From IMG/VR virus record IMGVR_UViG_3300025009_000052: a stretch of 64,000 nucleotides of DNA. One strand, given 5' to 3'. The notes beneath the pieces are model-generated. The model made no database searches. It saw only the letters and a list, made by a program, of their open reading frames with translations, and was not told the DNA's origin. The stretch's first letter is position 1, and each line of letters begins with the position of its first letter. Positions 1-10,035 of the stretch are shown piece by piece. A program made the position numbers and the translations under genes. Origin of the DNA: a virus.

Positions 1-2
1 AA

Positions 3-1946
3 GCGGTTAACAAACATTGGCGCTTAGTATTTAATATTCCTAAGCAAAATCAATCATTTATAGTTACCCCGCTAACATTTAATTGGAATCAAAACCAACA
101 AAGACCTAATGAGGTAATATTTAGTTTTCAACTTAAAGCGTGGAAACGGGTTGATATTTCCACTAACGAAACTGGGGTAAAGGCTGAATTACCAGATTTA
201 TCTCCTAACGCATTACAAAGAATAATTACGGGAATAAACGGAGCTAGGGCTACTTTGGCAGCTTCTATGAATTTGCTTAGAGCGGTAAGGAGTGACTTTA
301 GAAAACCGTTAGATATTTTAAGACAAACCGCCTTAGCAGTGAAAGATTTGGGTGGCTTAGCATTTGCGGTAGTAGACCTTCCAAGTTCTATAATTGGTGA
401 TTATAAAAGTTCTATTAAGGAATCCTTATCTATAACAAAAAATGCCTTTAAACGTGGTGTAGATAATGGTGGTAATAGAGTTTCGACCGGTAATAGTATT
501 TCTTCTATTGGTATTAATATAAAAACACAAAGTCTTACTGCTGGGGCAGGAGCGGCGGTTAACGCTATAGTATCGGAATCTAATCGTTTCGAGGGCTTAA
601 GCACTCAAGCCGTTGCAGATGGGGCGTTGGGACTAGAAGCTTCGCAATCATTACAAACTAGCGCTTTAGACTCTGTATTTGAAAACCCAGAAGAAAATTT
701 TGAGTTATTTAATTCAGTTAGTTTAGACGATTTAATTTTAACCCCACAACAACAAGCCTTGGTTGATAATGAGTTAGAGATAATTAGACTAACAACCGTT
801 AATGACCATAGAGAATCGAGAAATGAGTTAGAAAAATTAATGAATGATCTATCTAATTATTTTGGTGCCGGTAATCAAACATATTCAGATGTTTATGGGC
901 TACCCGACCCAAAAGAAAGAATCATTCCCATGACCTTGGAAGAAAATGAAATATTAGAATCCTTAATGGAAGCTATTCAATCCTACGACCTTCTGATTGC
1001 TACTAAAGAATGGGACGACAATAAGATAGAGAGTCCATTAGAATATGTTGGTGGATTGGCCAACGAAGCTGGAATTAATTTTGAACAATATACTTCCAAA
1101 TACTTAGCCCCCGTTCCTTTTGGCTTAACTATTGAGGAAATTGCGGCAAGATATTTAGGGAACCCCGATAGATGGATTGAGATCGTAACGTTAAATAATT
1201 TAAGATCCCCTTATATAGATGAGGAGGGCTTTTACTATAATTTATTAAGTAATGGAGAAGGTAGACAAATAACAGTTGACGATAGTTTAAATCAATTATA
1301 TATTGGGCAAAATATTGTATTGTCGTCCAACACTGTACCCGCATTTATAAGAAAGATAATTAATGTAGAGAAAATTAGCGACACTAACTACCTGATAACA
1401 GTAGATGGTTTAGATAATTTAGATAATTTAACTACTGCCGGAGCCGCTAAATTACAAGGTTATTTACCAGGAACAGCAAATAGCCAAAACCAAATCTATA
1501 TACCTATTAATACACCTGCTGAGGAAGATGATAGAACTTTTGAAATACCATATTTGGACGAAAAACATTTAACCAAATTGTCCAAAGTAGATTGGTTATT
1601 AACTGATCAGGGTGATTTGGCCATTAATTCAGTAGGAGATTTAAGATTATCCAATGGTTTAACTAATTTAATACAGGCTTTAAAGTTGAAAATTAAAATT
1701 AAAAAAGGAACACTACTTAGACATTTAGATTATGGATTGGGATTAGAACATGGAATGTCAGTAGCGGATATAGAAAATGGCGAAATAATTAAGGCTTTAA
1801 ATAAAATGATAGAAGACGATCCACGATTTGATTCTATAGAAAGAATAACTATAAAACTAGTTGGACCAACCTTAGCAATAGATATGGCTGTAAAACTAGC
1901 AAATCAATCGGGAATTCTTCCAATTAATTTTGATGTGAATTTATAA
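3..1946 (+). CDS. Baseplate/tail protein with LysM-like segment and C-terminal gp25/W-like domain (5'-truncated by window)
   Basis: Frame is open from position 3, upstream of the ORF-track start at 255. 'TIEEIAARYLGNPDRWIEIVTLNNL' is LysM/tail-X-like. C-terminal 'GDL...NLIQAL...G.LLRHLDYG...DPRF..I' is typical of gp25/W. Directly precedes the baseplate J gene. Confidence 0.7.
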   Translation, partial: AVNKHWRLVFNIPKQNQSFIVTPLTFNWNQNQQRPNEVIFSFQLKAWKRVDISTNETGVKAELPDLSPNALQRIITGINGARATLAASMNLLRAVRSDFRKPLDILRQTALAVKDLGGLAFAVVDLPSSIIGDYKSSIKESLSITKNAFKRGVDNGGNRVSTGNSISSIGINIKTQSLTAGAGAAVNAIVSESNRFEGLSTQAVADGALGLEASQSLQTSALDSVFENPEENFELFNSVSLDDLILTPQQQALVDNELEIIRLTTVNDHRESRNELEKLMNDLSNYFGAGNQTYSDVYGLPDPKERIIPMTLEENEILESLMEAIQSYDLLIATKEWDDNKIESPLEYVGGLANEAGINFEQYTSKYLAPVPFGLTIEEIAARYLGNPDRWIEIVTLNNLRSPYIDEEGFYYNLLSNGEGRQITVDDSLNQLYIGQNIVLSSNTVPAFIRKIINVEKISDTNYLITVDGLDNLDNLTTAGAAKLQGYLPGTANSQNQIYIPINTPAEEDDRTFEIPYLDEKHLTKLSKVDWLLTDQGDLAINSVGDLRLSNGLTNLIQALKLKIKIKKGTLLRHLDYGLGLEHGMSVADIENGEIIKALNKMIEDDPRFDSIERITIKLVGPTLAIDMAVKLANQSGILPINFDVNL

Positions 1947-1957
1947 GGAGATAGAGT

Positions 1958-4900
1958 ATGGCAAACGTGCCTTTACCAAAAAGTTATAATCAAATACTAG
2001 GCGAAATGTTAGCGTCCTATATGGGAAAAATAGGTGTTAATGATGTTAATGTTGGCGGGGCGATGGTGTCCTTTTTTGAATGTATGGCACAGGCGATATA
2101 TCGCTCTTCTGGAGATACGTTCGCTATATTAAGAGATTTTTCTGTTGATAGGGCTAGAGCCGAAGCATTAAAAAGATTGGCTAAAGAAGAAAGGGTACTT
2201 CCTATCCCAGCTCAAGTGGCTACAGGCAAGGTAACCGTATCAGACACCCGATACACCAAAATAGCGACTAAGATTTATGCTGGTTCAAATCCTCCTACGG
2301 TTGGAAGTATTGTAATTAAAGTTTCAGATGCTTCTTTATTTACACCAACGGGTGCAATTTATATTGGTCGTGGAACTCCAAATATAGAGGGGCCAATTTC
2401 TTACACATCTATTGTTGCTGTAGGTAGTTTTTATGAAATCAATCTTTCATCTGCAACAACTAAATATCACAATATATCAGAAAGCGTTATATTGGCCCAA
2501 GGCGGTACTAGGAATATTCCAATCGGAACTACTGTTAAGACTAGAACTTTAGGGTCATCCCCTGTAGTTTCTTTTACAACGACCCAAGCCGCAATTATAT
2601 TAGATGGAGAAGTTGAAATAGCAAACGTGTCTGTAGCAGCTCAAGAGCCTGGAACAGACAGTAATATACCTAGAGGAGCAATAGTTGAATTTGCATCAGT
2701 TCCTTTTGAGGGTGCTAGCGTTACTAATCCAAATCCTTTTACGACTGGAAAAAATGAAGAAACAGACGAGGAGATCCGAAATAGAATTAAAAAATCTCGT
2801 AGTTCTAAGGGGTTAGGTACGACAATTGCAGTAAAAAACTCTGTGCTTGGAGCACAATCAGACGATGATAATTCTATTGTTACATCTAATGAAATGTTTT
2901 CAGATGGAGAAAATACAACTCTATATATTGATAATGGAGAGGGGTATGAGGAAAAAGACGCTGGTGTTGGTGTTGAATATATTGTAGATTCGGCTTTAGG
3001 TGGGGAAACCCATTTTCAATTGGCTACTGGTGGATCACAAACCTCAGTTAGAAAAGCATTTTTAGAATCTACCGAAATATCACCATTCTCTGTTTCAGAA
3101 ACAGATCGATTGGCTGTTTTAATTGGAGGGGCGCTCTCAGAACACGTTTTTAACATTGGTGATTTTAAAAATAATGGATATGCGACGGCCTATGAAATTG
3201 TAGCTTCTATTAATGCGGATCCAGAATTAACATTTGTAGCTCAGACATCAAATAATGGGACTAAAGTCGTTATTACTTCTAAAAATGAAGATAATGAATA
3301 TTTGCAAATAACAGACCCTACTACTGGAACAGACTCAGCAATAGCCCTAGGTTTCCAGAGGGATGAGGTTCAAACACTTAGACTTTATAAAAATAAAGAA
3401 GCTTTGAGTAGAAGTGGAAGATCGGCTTCTGTAGAGTCTGAAAACCAAACGGATTGGTCAAATACGTTAGTTTCAGGAGAATCTTTAATATTAAAAGTTG
3501 ATGGAACTCAATTTATAACTTATATAATTACCGATGCGGATTTTATCGCAGAAGGAACTCACGCTAGTTTAGCAAAAACCAATAATCTTCAATCTTGGAT
3601 TAATGTTTTTAATTCCAAATTAATTGGAGTAACCGCTACTATAAATGGAACTAGAATAATATTAGCATCTAACTTGGGAAATAAAAGTAGAGCGTCTTTA
3701 GAAATAGATTCCTCATCTACCTTAGTTGTAAAAGGAATGTTTTCTCAGTCAAACGGATTAACCGCTCAAGGCAGAGAGGCTGATTTTATTTTTTCTAGAA
3801 ACACCGCTCAGTTTAAATTAACTCATGCCTTAAGTGTAGGAGATAGTTTAACTGCTGGAACAGAATTTACCCAAGCTTCAGTATCAAGTTCAAAAATACT
3901 TGGAGGAAATGTCACATTAAGTAATGACGCATACCTTTGGTTATTAATAGATAAGCCAAATACTATCATAAATCATGGTGTTGTGGCTGATAGTATTGTT
4001 CACCTTACTAAAGAAGTCAACAACACAATAAGAATCAGATCGCAGGTTACCGATGCTTTTTCTGGAGTGCTAGAAGGTGATTATATAGTTCTATGGTCAG
4101 ACGAATTTAATCCTGAAAACAGAATTGAAGGTCGAGTTTGTAGTGTTGGTACACAGATTGTATCGAACGACTATATTGAACTTAGACTAACCGCTTCTGA
4201 ATATGCAGCCACATCAGACCAAAGTACCATCGTTTTTAGTGAAGGTTTAGTAATTGTTCGATCACAATACGCACCTCAAAAAATTAAAATGAGCGCTGGT
4301 AGTTATGATATTAATACAATAGCTTCTACATTATCGTCAACTTTAGAAGGTGGTTATTTCTCTGTTGAAAATGATGAATATTTAATAATTACCAGTAAAA
4401 ACATGGGGTTAGACGGATCAATAACCATTGTTGCCATTAACGAAGCCGCTAAGGGCTTAAATTTCACATTAAGCGATTCTAGCCAATCAATAACGTCCCA
4501 TTTTGCTTTTAACGATAGTGAGGGTTATAATAATGAATTTCCAATATTTATTCATTCTAGTGTGTCAGCAGATGAATCAGCAGATGTCCCTAATAGTTTT
4601 TTATCTGATTTTACATCTACTACCAATCTTTCTACCTTAGGTGTTGATCCTAATGAGATAGTTTGTATGTTACATCCATATCTTTTTAGCGGATCTGAAA
4701 TTAAAGACAATTCGTCTTATAACGAATGTGTTCAAATTAAAGACCTAACCGGAGCCGTTGTTGATATTAATCAAAATAATATTATGAGAAGATTAAGGGT
4801 AAATGATCGTTATTTTTTAGCAAATCCTTTGGATTTTAGTTATAACGATTCTCTAATTACTATATTGGATAATGATCCATCAACCAAAACATTCCCGATT

Positions 4901-7900
4901 AGTTTATATAGAAAAGCATTAACCAACAATAGTATGTCAGTTAATGCCGATAGCTTTAGGGCTTACGATATAGATTCTGGATTAACAGAAACGTTTGATA
5001 CTTATTTTGGATCGTCCTATAGTTTTAATAACTATAAAGTATTTATGAAAGCTAAGAATGTAATTGATCCAAATTCTTCTACCGACGAAGACGCTATTCT
5101 GTACAGGGCTGCTATTTGGGGACGAGGTGGAGAAAAATACAATATAGGATATACCTATCCAACGGCAAATAATTTAGGAATTAGCCATACGATAGTTATT
5201 TCCGATTTGGTTAGGATTAGATTGTCATTAAAATCTGGTTCGGCGGTTCCGAATACTATTGATGGAACTACACAATGGGATATTACGATAACCGCAAATA
5301 CCCCAGTAGCCGGTGTAGAAGAGGTCACATACACTTATAATAGTGTCGGGACAAATCCTAGTATGAATTCACTAGTGGCTGGTAATTACGTTACAATCAA
5401 TACTAATGGTGATTTTAGTGTTGAAAATACAGGTACATTTAGAATAAGTTCTGCTACTTCAAGTTCTTTTACGGTCAGACGACCTAGTGGTTCTGCTGTG
5501 GCGGAAAATAATATTGCAACTTTAGAAAATAACACCATATCTTTATTTGAAGATTCCGATACGACAGCACAAGAATTGGTAGATTACGTTACGGCTAATT
5601 TGAGTGATTTTATAATCGCTTCTGTAATTGGAGATAATGGAACTACGGGAGCTGGTGTTATAGATTTAAGTACATACGAAGATAATTCGTTTGTAGTTAA
5701 TACAGACGGAATATCGTTACTGGACGGTATAAATTGGATATTAGAAAGTGATGTGGACGCTGTGGCCCCTGCTGCTAATTTTACATTTAAAAACTCTCTT
5801 TCTTTACCAAATTATAATACTAACACAGCTAATGCCTATGTTTTTAACGATGGTGAAGATCTTAGGTTAGTACCTACCACATCTAAACAAGTAGTTGATT
5901 TAATATCAACACTAGTTGTTTCTGGGTTTTCAACTTTAGGTAAAATATCAACTACTGATATGGAAACTAAATTACAACTAGCTTCGTTAATATTAGGCTC
6001 TAACGGTTCTTTACAAATAACTGGTGGAAGCGCTAATAAGGCTGAGGGGTCTTTTCTAAGTTCAAGTACTTCAATTCCTAATACTAATTATATCAGATCA
6101 AGTATAAGTAGGTCGGCAGCATCGGGTCTCCATGCCGGTCAGTGGATAAAATTAATAGCTACCTATTCTCAGAAGAAAGATTTGGGAATTAGTACGACTA
6201 CTAATGTTACTATTACTCCCAATGTTCCAACCGCTGGTCAATCAAAAGTTGAATTTGGAAATAGAGAAAATTATGATTTATATTTTGGCCAACCTAGAAA
6301 CCATATTCGAGATGAGGGAAGGGCATTTCATGTTGAAAAACATGGATCTTTGGTTTGTATCTCTTGGGATGGAATAACGGGTAGCGCACCTGTATTTACA
6401 AAATCTGTAGAAATAAACGCCGATAATGGTGGTATTTCAGTTAATTACGATAATGAAACTGGATATACTAGCTATACAGTAGAAAGCGGTAGTAGAAATT
6501 TCCTAGAAGCCATGTCAGAAGATACAATTGTAATTCAAAATATGGCCGATACTACTAATAATGGCACATTTAAAGTAGTTGGAGTTTCTGACGACGGCAA
6601 CACTATCGTTACCGATAACGCATATGGCGTAGATGCAGCTTCGGCTATTGTTAATTCAGCTAATATTACTATAAGTACCGCTATAAAAGAAGGTGATAAT
6701 GTTGAAATCGGATCTCCTTTTGCTGCGGTAAATCAAGGTATTTTTAGGGTTATTAGAAAATACGAAAATAGTATTTACATTGATAATCCCTCTGCTGGTG
6801 AAGAAAGAGTTGTAGTTTCGTCTAATTTCCACCCAATTACAATAGATTCATCCACCGAGTTTGATATTGTAACTACTAATGATATGAGAATTGAGTGGAA
6901 TGGAAATGGGGTTGAACCTGATTTTTCTGTGGTAAATCTCGGGGATATCGTTGAGGTTGGAACTACTTTCGATGTCGATAATCAGGGTAAATTTATGGTT
7001 ACTAAAATCGGAGACAACTGGATAGAATGCTGCAATGCATTAGCTGTATCTGAAACAGGAATTACCGTATCTGGAGTTGGTGCAGATATCTTAAGGATTC
7101 ACCAACCTGCATTAAAATTCCATCCTTATGAAAACACAGTAGAAGGGGATAAATTAGTCATTTCAGGAACTGTGTTAACCGAAGCTAATCGAGGAACATA
7201 TTCAATTGTAAAAATATTGGATAAAAATTCTATAATAGTTGGAAATATTTTAACTAGTCAATCAAGCGTTCCATTAGCTTCTAAACATACCCAAGTGTAT
7301 GTGGAAGAGTTAGAACCATATGTGGGATATAAAAAGATTTATACTATGGCTGTTGATCCGTCAAATTCTAATCGATATGTGTTAGTTTTTGATTCTAACG
7401 AACAAGTAAGTAAGATTAATAAAGATTCCGGCGCTGTTATTTTTGAAGCAATGGGAAAACTTAATTTTTCTGAAAGTATTGTTAAAGGATTAGATTCATA
7501 CAGATACCACACTGGATTAATATCAGAAGCTAATAAGATTGTATATGGCGAGCCTAGAGATAGCATTACATATCCTGGCGTTGCTGCTGCTGGGGCTGAA
7601 ATCTTTATTAAACCACCTCTTAAGAGAAGGATTGAAGTTTCTATCAACGTTCGAGTTCAAACTGGTATCCCATTTAATAGGATTGTGGAGCAAGTTAGAA
7701 ATAATATTGCCGCATTAATTAATGGATCTCCAATTGGCCAGTCTATAGCTATTTCTGACATTATATCTACAGTAAATAGTATACCTGGAACTAAAGCCGT
7801 ATCTATTACATCCCCATCCTATAGTCCTGCAAACGATGTGATTGTAATTAATGCTGCTGAAAAACCATTTATTTTAGACATTGTTAATGATATTACAGTA

Positions 7901-7918
7901 GCAAAGGTTGGCGCTTAA
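1958..7918 (+). CDS. Giant baseplate J/gp47-like wedge protein (1986 aa) with large internal insertion
   Basis: N-terminal baseplate-J features (ATGKVT, IPIGT.V, V.AQEPG..SN, G.NEETDEE.R.RI) and a J-like C-terminus (INGSPIGQSIAISDIISTVNSIPG). RBS AAGGAG. Confidence 0.8.
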   Translation: MANVPLPKSYNQILGEMLASYMGKIGVNDVNVGGAMVSFFECMAQAIYRSSGDTFAILRDFSVDRARAEALKRLAKEERVLPIPAQVATGKVTVSDTRYTKIATKIYAGSNPPTVGSIVIKVSDASLFTPTGAIYIGRGTPNIEGPISYTSIVAVGSFYEINLSSATTKYHNISESVILAQGGTRNIPIGTTVKTRTLGSSPVVSFTTTQAAIILDGEVEIANVSVAAQEPGTDSNIPRGAIVEFASVPFEGASVTNPNPFTTGKNEETDEEIRNRIKKSRSSKGLGTTIAVKNSVLGAQSDDDNSIVTSNEMFSDGENTTLYIDNGEGYEEKDAGVGVEYIVDSALGGETHFQLATGGSQTSVRKAFLESTEISPFSVSETDRLAVLIGGALSEHVFNIGDFKNNGYATAYEIVASINADPELTFVAQTSNNGTKVVITSKNEDNEYLQITDPTTGTDSAIALGFQRDEVQTLRLYKNKEALSRSGRSASVESENQTDWSNTLVSGESLILKVDGTQFITYIITDADFIAEGTHASLAKTNNLQSWINVFNSKLIGVTATINGTRIILASNLGNKSRASLEIDSSSTLVVKGMFSQSNGLTAQGREADFIFSRNTAQFKLTHALSVGDSLTAGTEFTQASVSSSKILGGNVTLSNDAYLWLLIDKPNTIINHGVVADSIVHLTKEVNNTIRIRSQVTDAFSGVLEGDYIVLWSDEFNPENRIEGRVCSVGTQIVSNDYIELRLTASEYAATSDQSTIVFSEGLVIVRSQYAPQKIKMSAGSYDINTIASTLSSTLEGGYFSVENDEYLIITSKNMGLDGSITIVAINEAAKGLNFTLSDSSQSITSHFAFNDSEGYNNEFPIFIHSSVSADESADVPNSFLSDFTSTTNLSTLGVDPNEIVCMLHPYLFSGSEIKDNSSYNECVQIKDLTGAVVDINQNNIMRRLRVNDRYFLANPLDFSYNDSLITILDNDPSTKTFPISLYRKALTNNSMSVNADSFRAYDIDSGLTETFDTYFGSSYSFNNYKVFMKAKNVIDPNSSTDEDAILYRAAIWGRGGEKYNIGYTYPTANNLGISHTIVISDLVRIRLSLKSGSAVPNTIDGTTQWDITITANTPVAGVEEVTYTYNSVGTNPSMNSLVAGNYVTINTNGDFSVENTGTFRISSATSSSFTVRRPSGSAVAENNIATLENNTISLFEDSDTTAQELVDYVTANLSDFIIASVIGDNGTTGAGVIDLSTYEDNSFVVNTDGISLLDGINWILESDVDAVAPAANFTFKNSLSLPNYNTNTANAYVFNDGEDLRLVPTTSKQVVDLISTLVVSGFSTLGKISTTDMETKLQLASLILGSNGSLQITGGSANKAEGSFLSSSTSIPNTNYIRSSISRSAASGLHAGQWIKLIATYSQKKDLGISTTTNVTITPNVPTAGQSKVEFGNRENYDLYFGQPRNHIRDEGRAFHVEKHGSLVCISWDGITGSAPVFTKSVEINADNGGISVNYDNETGYTSYTVESGSRNFLEAMSEDTIVIQNMADTTNNGTFKVVGVSDDGNTIVTDNAYGVDAASAIVNSANITISTAIKEGDNVEIGSPFAAVNQGIFRVIRKYENSIYIDNPSAGEERVVVSSNFHPITIDSSTEFDIVTTNDMRIEWNGNGVEPDFSVVNLGDIVEVGTTFDVDNQGKFMVTKIGDNWIECCNALAVSETGITVSGVGADILRIHQPALKFHPYENTVEGDKLVISGTVLTEANRGTYSIVKILDKNSIIVGNILTSQSSVPLASKHTQVYVEELEPYVGYKKIYTMAVDPSNSNRYVLVFDSNEQVSKINKDSGAVIFEAMGKLNFSESIVKGLDSYRYHTGLISEANKIVYGEPRDSITYPGVAAAGAEIFIKPPLKRRIEVSINVRVQTGIPFNRIVEQVRNNIAALINGSPIGQSIAISDIISTVNSIPGTKAVSITSPSYSPANDVIVINAAEKPFILDIVNDITVAKVGA

Positions 7919-9537
7919 TGAGCAATCATCAAAGTAATTCAGAACAAAAGAAAAGACTGAGAAGTTATCTTAACCCTGCAATTCGAGGTCCACGAACAGA
8001 TAGTGTGTTAGAGGCGCTATCTATAGGTGCTTCTCATTTAATCTCTAATATAGAAGCTGTTAATGATATGTTATATATTGTTACTGCTGTGGATAAGTAT
8101 TTGGATGCCAGAATGGCAGATAGAGATCTTACTAGGCCAGACAATGTAGGACTATCCGATGAGGTATTTAGAGAGTTAGGTATTGAAGTTTCAAATAGGA
8201 AACAAGTAAGAGACCTGATAGGAAATATTTTAAATATTATGTATGGGGATGAATTTACCAAGGCTACTTTGTTTTCTAATGAATTTGAACCTTACGCTTT
8301 AGAAGACGGAGATACTTTAAAAATTCAATTTGACGACGGCGAAGTAGTAGAGGTGATTTTTGACGCTTCTCAGTTTACCAATATTTCGGCAGCTACAGCC
8401 CAGGAAGTCGCAGACGCTATAACTAAAAGCTTGAGAAAATTAGGACGTACCGGTTCCGCAATATCTAGAAATGATGGTTCTGGAGCATATGTTGTTTTAA
8501 TGTCAGAAACCATAGGCCCGTCTTCAACCATAAGAGTATTCGGAGGTAAGGCCCAGAATTCATTGAAGTTTCCAGCAATAAGACCGACGGCTGGAGTTGC
8601 ATTAACACAATGGACATTATCTTTAGTATCTGGGGGTAAAATAAGGGCTACTTGGTCAGGCGGTCCTAATCCTTTTATTGGTAAAGTTAAAAAAGATGAC
8701 TATGTTAATATATACGGGACTTCTTTTAATCTCTTAAATAGAGGGACATTTACAATATCTGCTGTTAATGGTGGATTAGTTACCGAAGCTTATGTAGAGT
8801 TTGAAAATCCAAATGGAATAGCTGAAACAATATTGCAAGGAAACGATACTGCTATTTTGTTTTATCAACCACAAAGAGCAACGTTAGCGTCAAACTTTAC
8901 TTATGCGGCTGCTTACCAAACAGAATCTAGACTGTTAGAGATATTTATGCCGGCAACTACTAAGGTAATTCGTCGAAATAGAAAAGGAGCCGCACATCTT
9001 CATGAGTCTGGTTCTTCAAATTTAGACGATACCTTTGGGCCATATTTATATGACGAAAGTAAGCCATATTTAATAGGCGGGGAAGAGTGTAATTCAACTA
9101 TATTGGTTGACTCCAATACAGAATTAATCGTTACGGTTGACGACTCGTCTCAGTTTCCTGACGATCAGGGTCATTTGATATTTGGATTTGGTACTAGTAA
9201 AGAAGAGGGCCCAGTTCCTTATATTTCTAGACCTTCAAATAACAGCTTAATGATCAACCCATCCTATAGATTTCAAAATGTACATCCAATTGGAACAAAT
9301 ATATCTTTAGTTTCACAAGATTACTCATATACTGTTACTAAAAATGGTGAGGATTATCCATTTTATTTAACCGATGTGGTGTCTGGCAGGTTATATGCTG
9401 AGGATTTAATAAATACAGTAGCGGCTACCGGTATCAATGTTGTAATTACGATTTTGTACCCGAACGACATCGGGTTAGGTAAGTGGAATACAGAGAATTC
9501 AGAAAAATACTGGGTTTGGGGCGAAGATTTAGAATAA
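7918..9537 (+). CDS. Putative baseplate wedge subunit
   Basis: Translationally coupled to J (TAATG). N-terminal 'YLD......L.RP....DEVFR' resembles the wedge partner normally encoded after J. Confidence 0.55.
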   Translation: MSNHQSNSEQKKRLRSYLNPAIRGPRTDSVLEALSIGASHLISNIEAVNDMLYIVTAVDKYLDARMADRDLTRPDNVGLSDEVFRELGIEVSNRKQVRDLIGNILNIMYGDEFTKATLFSNEFEPYALEDGDTLKIQFDDGEVVEVIFDASQFTNISAATAQEVADAITKSLRKLGRTGSAISRNDGSGAYVVLMSETIGPSSTIRVFGGKAQNSLKFPAIRPTAGVALTQWTLSLVSGGKIRATWSGGPNPFIGKVKKDDYVNIYGTSFNLLNRGTFTISAVNGGLVTEAYVEFENPNGIAETILQGNDTAILFYQPQRATLASNFTYAAAYQTESRLLEIFMPATTKVIRRNRKGAAHLHESGSSNLDDTFGPYLYDESKPYLIGGEECNSTILVDSNTELIVTVDDSSQFPDDQGHLIFGFGTSKEEGPVPYISRPSNNSLMINPSYRFQNVHPIGTNISLVSQDYSYTVTKNGEDYPFYLTDVVSGRLYAEDLINTVAATGINVVITILYPNDIGLGKWNTENSEKYWVWGEDLE

Positions 9538-9547
9538 GGAGAATTTA

Positions 9548-9973
9548 ATGACTCAATCAGTGACCATGAAAGGGGTTGATATTAAGCTTTATATAGGTGG
9601 TAAAGTTTATCCATGCGCCCAAGAGATCAGATATACGATAGATTACGGTGAAAGTGAAATTTATGGTATTGACAGTGCTTTTCCGATGGAAATTGTGACT
9701 ACTAAAGTAAGCATTCAAGGTACTATTTCTGGTGTTAAATTAAAGTCTGTTGGTGGACTACAAGGGTATGATCTTAGAACTAAAATTCAAGATATTTTAC
9801 ATGCGCCCTATGTTTCTTTGAGGATCAAAGATAGACACACTGATTCGGATATTTTATGGATACCTCAAATGAAAGTAACAAGTGAACAACTTCAAGTTGT
9901 TGCCAAGGGCGTTGTAAAATTAAGCTTTAATTTCAAGGGTATAATACCATATAATGAGTTAGATTTACACTAA
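9548..9973 (+). CDS. Tail tube-like protein
   Basis: 141 aa with a beta-rich tube pattern (IKLYIGG..., EIYGIDS..P.EI, ISG). RBS AAGGAG. Confidence 0.55.
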   Translation: MTQSVTMKGVDIKLYIGGKVYPCAQEIRYTIDYGESEIYGIDSAFPMEIVTTKVSIQGTISGVKLKSVGGLQGYDLRTKIQDILHAPYVSLRIKDRHTDSDILWIPQMKVTSEQLQVVAKGVVKLSFNFKGIIPYNELDLH

Positions 9974-10035
9974 TTTATAATTAAAATAATAACAATCTTT
10001 AAAGATATATCTACCTAAATAATTAAGAGGATAAG

